DNA of 64,000 nucleotides from the human T2T-CHM13v2.0 reference genome, Homo sapiens. Both the position numbers and the translations under genes were made by a program. The stretch lies in the NCBI RefSeq assembly GCF_009914755.1, contig NC_060929.1; one strand, given 5' to 3'. A model generated the notes under the pieces. The model was not told the DNA's origin and ran no database searches. It saw nothing but the letters and a program-made list of their open reading frames with translations. Below, piece by piece: positions 58,471 to 64,000 of the stretch (positions within the stretch are counted from its first letter, which is position 1; each line of letters starts with the position of its first letter).

Positions 58471-59726
58471 TTTTCTGTAATGCTAGTCAATATGTAACCT
58501 TAGTATTCCCATCCCACAGAGGCAGAACTGCAGCTCAGCAAGGCTACCTGACCCCAGAGCCTGATGCATGATTTGGGGGACTATCACAGAGGTCCAGGAA
58601 ATAAATAAGGGGGGCCGAGATGAAGGAGAAACAAAAGCTTGGGAGTATACTTTTAACACTAACTTGTCAAGGTTTACTTTTAAATCTCAGGTGAGAGTGA
58701 GTTAAGGATAAGCAAACTGATTTTGAAGTTTCTTCCTTTAACAAGAATGGTAGTACAATTATAAGATGGGAGTAAATTGGAGATGAAATAAGGATAAGGG
58801 GGAAAGAGTGGATATTGAGGAATTGTCCTGCTAAATTGGAGATGTCTGTGAGAATCCCAAGAGGATCTGTAAGTAGGAAGCTGGACATAAGGTTCTAGAA
58901 CTTCCAGTAACTAACTGAACATTCACCTTAGATGTGGAAGGGAAGTGGCCTATTATTTTTGGCTTTGATTTTTGTTTTGTTTTTGCTCTTTTTTCTTTTT
59001 GACAAGGAAAACAGTAAGACGGAATTGAAAAGCAAGTCCTAGTTAACCCCAGGACCAGCCTAGCAGAAGCAGAAGAGAGAAAACTGAGAGCTACTGAATG
59101 TTCACTTCATCAATTAAAAGTACAGTTTATTTGATAATTGCATACTTTGTTATTAAATTATAGAACTTAAAGTGGCTTAGTATTTATTTCAAAATTCAGG
59201 TTGTCATTTTGTGGTACGTTACTATGTGAGGTTGCCTAGTCCATTGACTACGTTAGCCTATTTCTACAACTTTGGATTCCTAAAATATTCTGCAAGAGAA
59301 GACAGTTGAAAACAAAAAGTATCATTAATAAGTTAAATTAATGTAAAACAAAATTTGTTCCCAGCAACTTCAACACCAGACCATTATCCCTTTACTTTAT
59401 CAAATTCATTGGCTGTACAAGCTTGACTTACTTACACTGGATGAATAAATGGGGGATCTTTTCATAGGATTCTTTAAAATAATATCACACTTTCCTTCTT
59501 CCACTTATGTCTTTCAAGAGGTCCAAAGGGTACAAATGAGTCAATCATTTTTACTCCGAATTAGACAACTCATAATTTTCTGAATACATGCTGATGAGAG
59601 CAATGTTAACAAATTAGAAGCTGATAAGCTGGGTAAACTACATTTATTTCAAAATTTCCCCTTTTCCTCTTTAAAAAGTTTAAAGCAATTAGAGATTTTA
59701 ATTTCATTTTTAAATCTCCATCTCTA

Positions 59727-60063
<337 letters not shown>

Positions 60064-60859
60064 CTAAAAGATACCGAAACCTTTGTACTCTAGTTTATTG
60101 CAAAGAGTAACCCTGAGATTTTAGTGTGATAGATGTCAAAGAAGTTTTGGAAAGCATGATTAGCATCTCACTGCTGAAATCATGGGAAATCAAGTAGAAG
60201 CCTGTTAGAGACAAAACAGCAATTATTGAATAAGCAAGAAAGTAAAGTTAGTACTGTATACATCTTTAAAAGTCAAGAAGGACCAACAGTAATGTTAACG
60301 GGGCCAGGCAGAAAGTTTCCTCTCTTTCCCCTTCTTTAACCATTGGTATAGTTCTCTGATGCCATGAAAGGGCCATGATTATAGGGTGAGCTTGGGAGAG
60401 GGGAAATAGTAAAGAATGTAGTGAGGGATTTACATTCTGTTAATTAGAACTGTCAACATTGCCTCTGTGGCCTTGAGAAAGAAGTTTCCTCTGTCTTCTG
60501 GCATCACTGCAGAGTTTATAAACTAAACCCAAAAAGGTTTTGAAGTCCATGGTTTTGTAAGTGTTGTCCTGTTTCCAATTCCTATTTGAATAAGGACTGC
60601 TCTCATACTAAGGAAAAATATTTGTCATATGTGGGAGGCAATTTGTCATATAGCTAAAATCTTATCAAATTAGAATCATAAAATAAATTATTAAACCAAT
60701 AGCTTATAAATAAAGAATGTAAAGGGCAAAAAGAGACAGAAGAAAGAAATATAAAATACAAAAAGTTCCCCAAACCCAAAACCTTAAACCAAATTACTTT
60801 TTCTGTCATATGCCTGTAGAAATGTAAGATTTCTCCAAATCAAGATTACCAGATATTTT

Positions 60860-61088
60860 CGGGGGTGTCCAATCTTTTGGCTTGCCTGGGCCCCATTGGA
60901 AGAAGAAGCATTATCTTGGGCCATGCATAAAATACACTAACACTAATGATAGCTGATGAGCTAAAAACAAACAAAAATCACAAAAAAATCCCATAGTGTT
61001 TTAAGAAAGTATACGAATTTGTGTCGGGCCACATTCAAAGCCGTCCTGGTCCGCATGCATCCTGTGGGCCGCAGGTTGGACAAACTTG
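60860..61088 (+). mobile_element. MER30 (hAT-Charlie)
   Basis: GGGGTGTCCAATCTTTTGGCTT...GGTTGGACAAACTTG; full length. Confidence 0.93.
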
Positions 61089-61999
61089 GATTAGAGCATC
61101 CCAATCATATTGGAATAGCAATGTTTCCTACCTTGACAAAATGTAAGACTGCCTTACTACTGGGGAGCCAAGCCAAAGGACTTATAAGCTAATACTTGAT
61201 TGGGTATTGGAGGCTATATAGAATTACCTCACCTTAGAAAACTCCACCAAAATGCTGTCAGATAAATTCTGTATGTTTCAGGGACTTGCTGGTTCCTAGT
61301 TTAAAGAGAATTTCCATTATTATCATCATCATTATTATCAGTAGGCATGTATTTTATTTAAAAAGTTCATTTTAATCTATATATTCTAATATAATTTATG
61401 TTCAGCTCTAATTATTGCTATACTTGAAAATATTAAATATATATAATCTATAGTATCACATTACTTAAACAACCATTTGTATTTCCATACTGTAGTCAGT
61501 GTCTTGAGTTCCTTCTTTAATTAATATTAGTGATGTTTTAAAGCACATAATCCTTTGTCGAATATTATTTGAATAATAGTACTCTAAGGGGATAAAGATA
61601 TATTAAATTCCTATTGGATTCAAAGCTGTAATATACCTTGTGGGCCTCTTTAGGATAATTAATAAGTAATTATTTGACTTAATTTACTAAAATGTGAATT
61701 TAATATATATATGTCTATTATTAACAAGCACAAATAAACTTGAATATATTTTGCTTAAAAATGGATAAACTACAGTTATTTTAGTGTTTCATTTCTTAAA
61801 TGTCTATGGCGTTAAAGTGTTACTCTGTGAAGTTTTTAATCTATGGTAAACAGTGAGTAAATATTGCGGCATTGCATATACAGAAAAAATTCAAATGCAT
61901 TAAACATGCTGGTATGCTATGAACCTATTTAAGGTCTTAGAAAAGTGAAAACTTATTTTTGTGCTGCTCAATAGTACATTAACAAATTAACATCTAGAG

Positions 62000-63400
62000 A
62001 AGTATAGCATCAAAGAGATAAAGGACCCAAGCTAGAAATAAGCTTTACCCAACAAACAGAAAGAAGTTTGATCAACTGCTTTGAGGAATAAAGCAGCTTA
62101 ATGAGCTTATGAAGCTCATTAAGTCAACAAGGTCAGAGCCCAAATAAATGACATGAGAAATAGGAAATTTAAGAAAAAAATATTAAGAGTGAAAAGACCA
62201 TAACTGAACTCATAAAAAAGTTAGTAACACCAAAGGACAGAGGGTTAGTAACATAGGAACAAGGTTTGAGATAACTATGGGGGATCACAATTATTTTTTT
62301 GAAAAGAAGAAAAAGTGAGATAGAGATGTATTAAGAAATAAAGATGATTAATCTTCTTGAGGAATAAACCTCAACAACTAAAAATAACAAAAAATCACTA
62401 ACACAACAATAAAACTAAGATTTACCAGAAAAAAAGAAGATACTATTTGTGTTCTAGAGCACTTTGAGTTTTAGGTAACATGCAGGTGCCCTGTAAATCT
62501 TCAAAAATATGGAAAGAATACTTCAGATAATGGAGCAGAGGGCAAGTCACTTACAAAGTTGGAGGTTTTAGATTGGCATTAGACTTCTCTGCAGTAACAT
62601 TCAATGCTAAGATTACAAAATTCAAAGAAAAAAGTATAAACCAAAAGATGCAATTGTTTTCAGATAAGAAACCATTGTAAACTATAAAATTCCAATTCTT
62701 GGAGCAAGTGTTATTGAGGATTACTTGTATCCAATTAAGAAGTTAATCAGCGCATATACTTTCCAAAGTAGAGAAATCATAAACACAAAAACAGGTCCAT
62801 TCAAATATAGAACAAATATTTTTATATTTAGTGTGTAACAGTTAGATAAATTATAAAGTAACAAACTTTAACAGATTAAAATAGTGGTCTATATTTCAAG
62901 TACATGTATTAGAATGGAAGAGAGAGAGCCAATGGCCTATCCTTTATTGAAAATATTCAGTAAAAATTGTTTAAGAAAATATGTAGTTAAAAAATATGTG
63001 TTCCACCTGTTAATGTCTTCCATAATGTTTGTATAATCTTACAGTTTTTGAAGATATATATTGTGTAAAATACAGTTTTTCAAACTTTGAATGTTTTCAG
63101 CTATACCTTAATTTCATGTTTTCTGATATTTCATGTAAAAAATAATACTATTGTATATTTTAATTAGATCATATGCAGAATGCAATCCATTTTTATAAAA
63201 GTATGTATGCTTTTTTACTCATCATGCTTGGATAACTATCTGGAATCACTTTTACCTAAAAATAATGATGTATGTAGTTGAAAAATGATATGTGTGATCC
63301 TTTATTATTTTTTTCTGTGCTTATTAGCATTGGATAAAATTTTCAGTAACAGTTTTGACATTTTGCAAAAATTATAAGTGTAGTTGTTATTTTATAATAT
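62000..63400 (+). mobile_element. HAL1-like remnant
   Basis: CAAGTCACTTACAAAG...AGATTGGCATTAGACTTCTCTGCAGTAACATTCAATGCTAAGA; A-rich; boundaries uncertain. Confidence 0.5.
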
Positions 63401-63852
63401 GAATTATATGGTAGTAATACTATTATTATGTTAAAAATAGGTAACTTAAAAAGAGAATAAAAATTTCCATCCACTCCAGTGAATATGTCCAAATTTGGAG
63501 AGCATAAATTATGGATTTATAGATGATGATAGTTTACAACAGCAACTGTAATTTAATAAAATAAATGAACAATTTGCAAACAGAATATAGTGTTCCCAGA
63601 TTAAAGCATGTAGTTAAAAATGAGATAATTTAGCTTAACAGTGTTGAAGGGTGTCAACAATACTGTAAGCACTAATACCTGTGTGAACTAATGCCTATGC
63701 ATGCATATGAATACAAATTATACACACAAACACCTTGAAAGATGTAATATTTTCTGCTAAGTATATTTGAAATATTAAACTTCAATTTTAGATTATCGTG
63801 TAAAACTTGCCAATGCTGTTCATCTCTTCTCATTTATCATTTCATAATAGGG

Positions 63853-64000
63853 TTTTGTTTTTGTTGTTGTTGTTGTTTGTTTTGAGACGAATTCTCTCTC
63901 TATTGCCCAGGCTGGAGTGCAGTGTCATGATCTTGGCTCATTGCAACCTCCACCTTCCAGGTTCAGAGATACTCCTGCCTCAGCCTCCCGAGTAGCTGAG
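63853..64000 (-). mobile_element. Alu (right arm) with (TTG)n tail, cut by the window end
   Basis: TTGAGACG...GCCCAGGCTGGAGTGCAGTG...CCTCAGCCTCCCGAGTAGCTG. Confidence 0.93.

Overview
This is AT-rich, CpG-poor primate nuclear DNA (human-like: AluJ/S/Y, L1PA, THE1/MST), not prokaryotic. I find no intact protein-coding gene, CpG island or CRISPR array. Almost all listed ORFs come from Alu, L1, ERV or microsatellite sequence. A large part of the window is recognisable interspersed repeat. Main structures: (1) a ~12.5 kb TE pile-up at 4.9-17.4 kb, with two 5'-truncated L1s and a decayed ERV-L gag-pro-pol into whose protease gene a two-LTR MSTA provirus inserted, itself carrying two Alus; (2) a MADE1 hairpin and a retroposed Y3 RNA pseudogene at 29.6-29.9 kb; (3) a MaLR LTR holding a twin-primed inverted L1PA plus an AluY at the same target site (43.9-44.9 kb); (4) an ancient internally deleted two-LTR ERVL (LTR33-like) provirus at 47.4-52.1 kb with nested MER63, Tigger3 and AluY. 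The unexplained candidates are a 50-nt GC-AG exon, a protein-like minus-strand remnant at 36.6-36.9 kb and a GC-rich insert between MER58-like ends. Repeat family names come from remembered consensus sequences, not a database search, and old-element boundaries are approximate. I do not see a convincing novel biological system.
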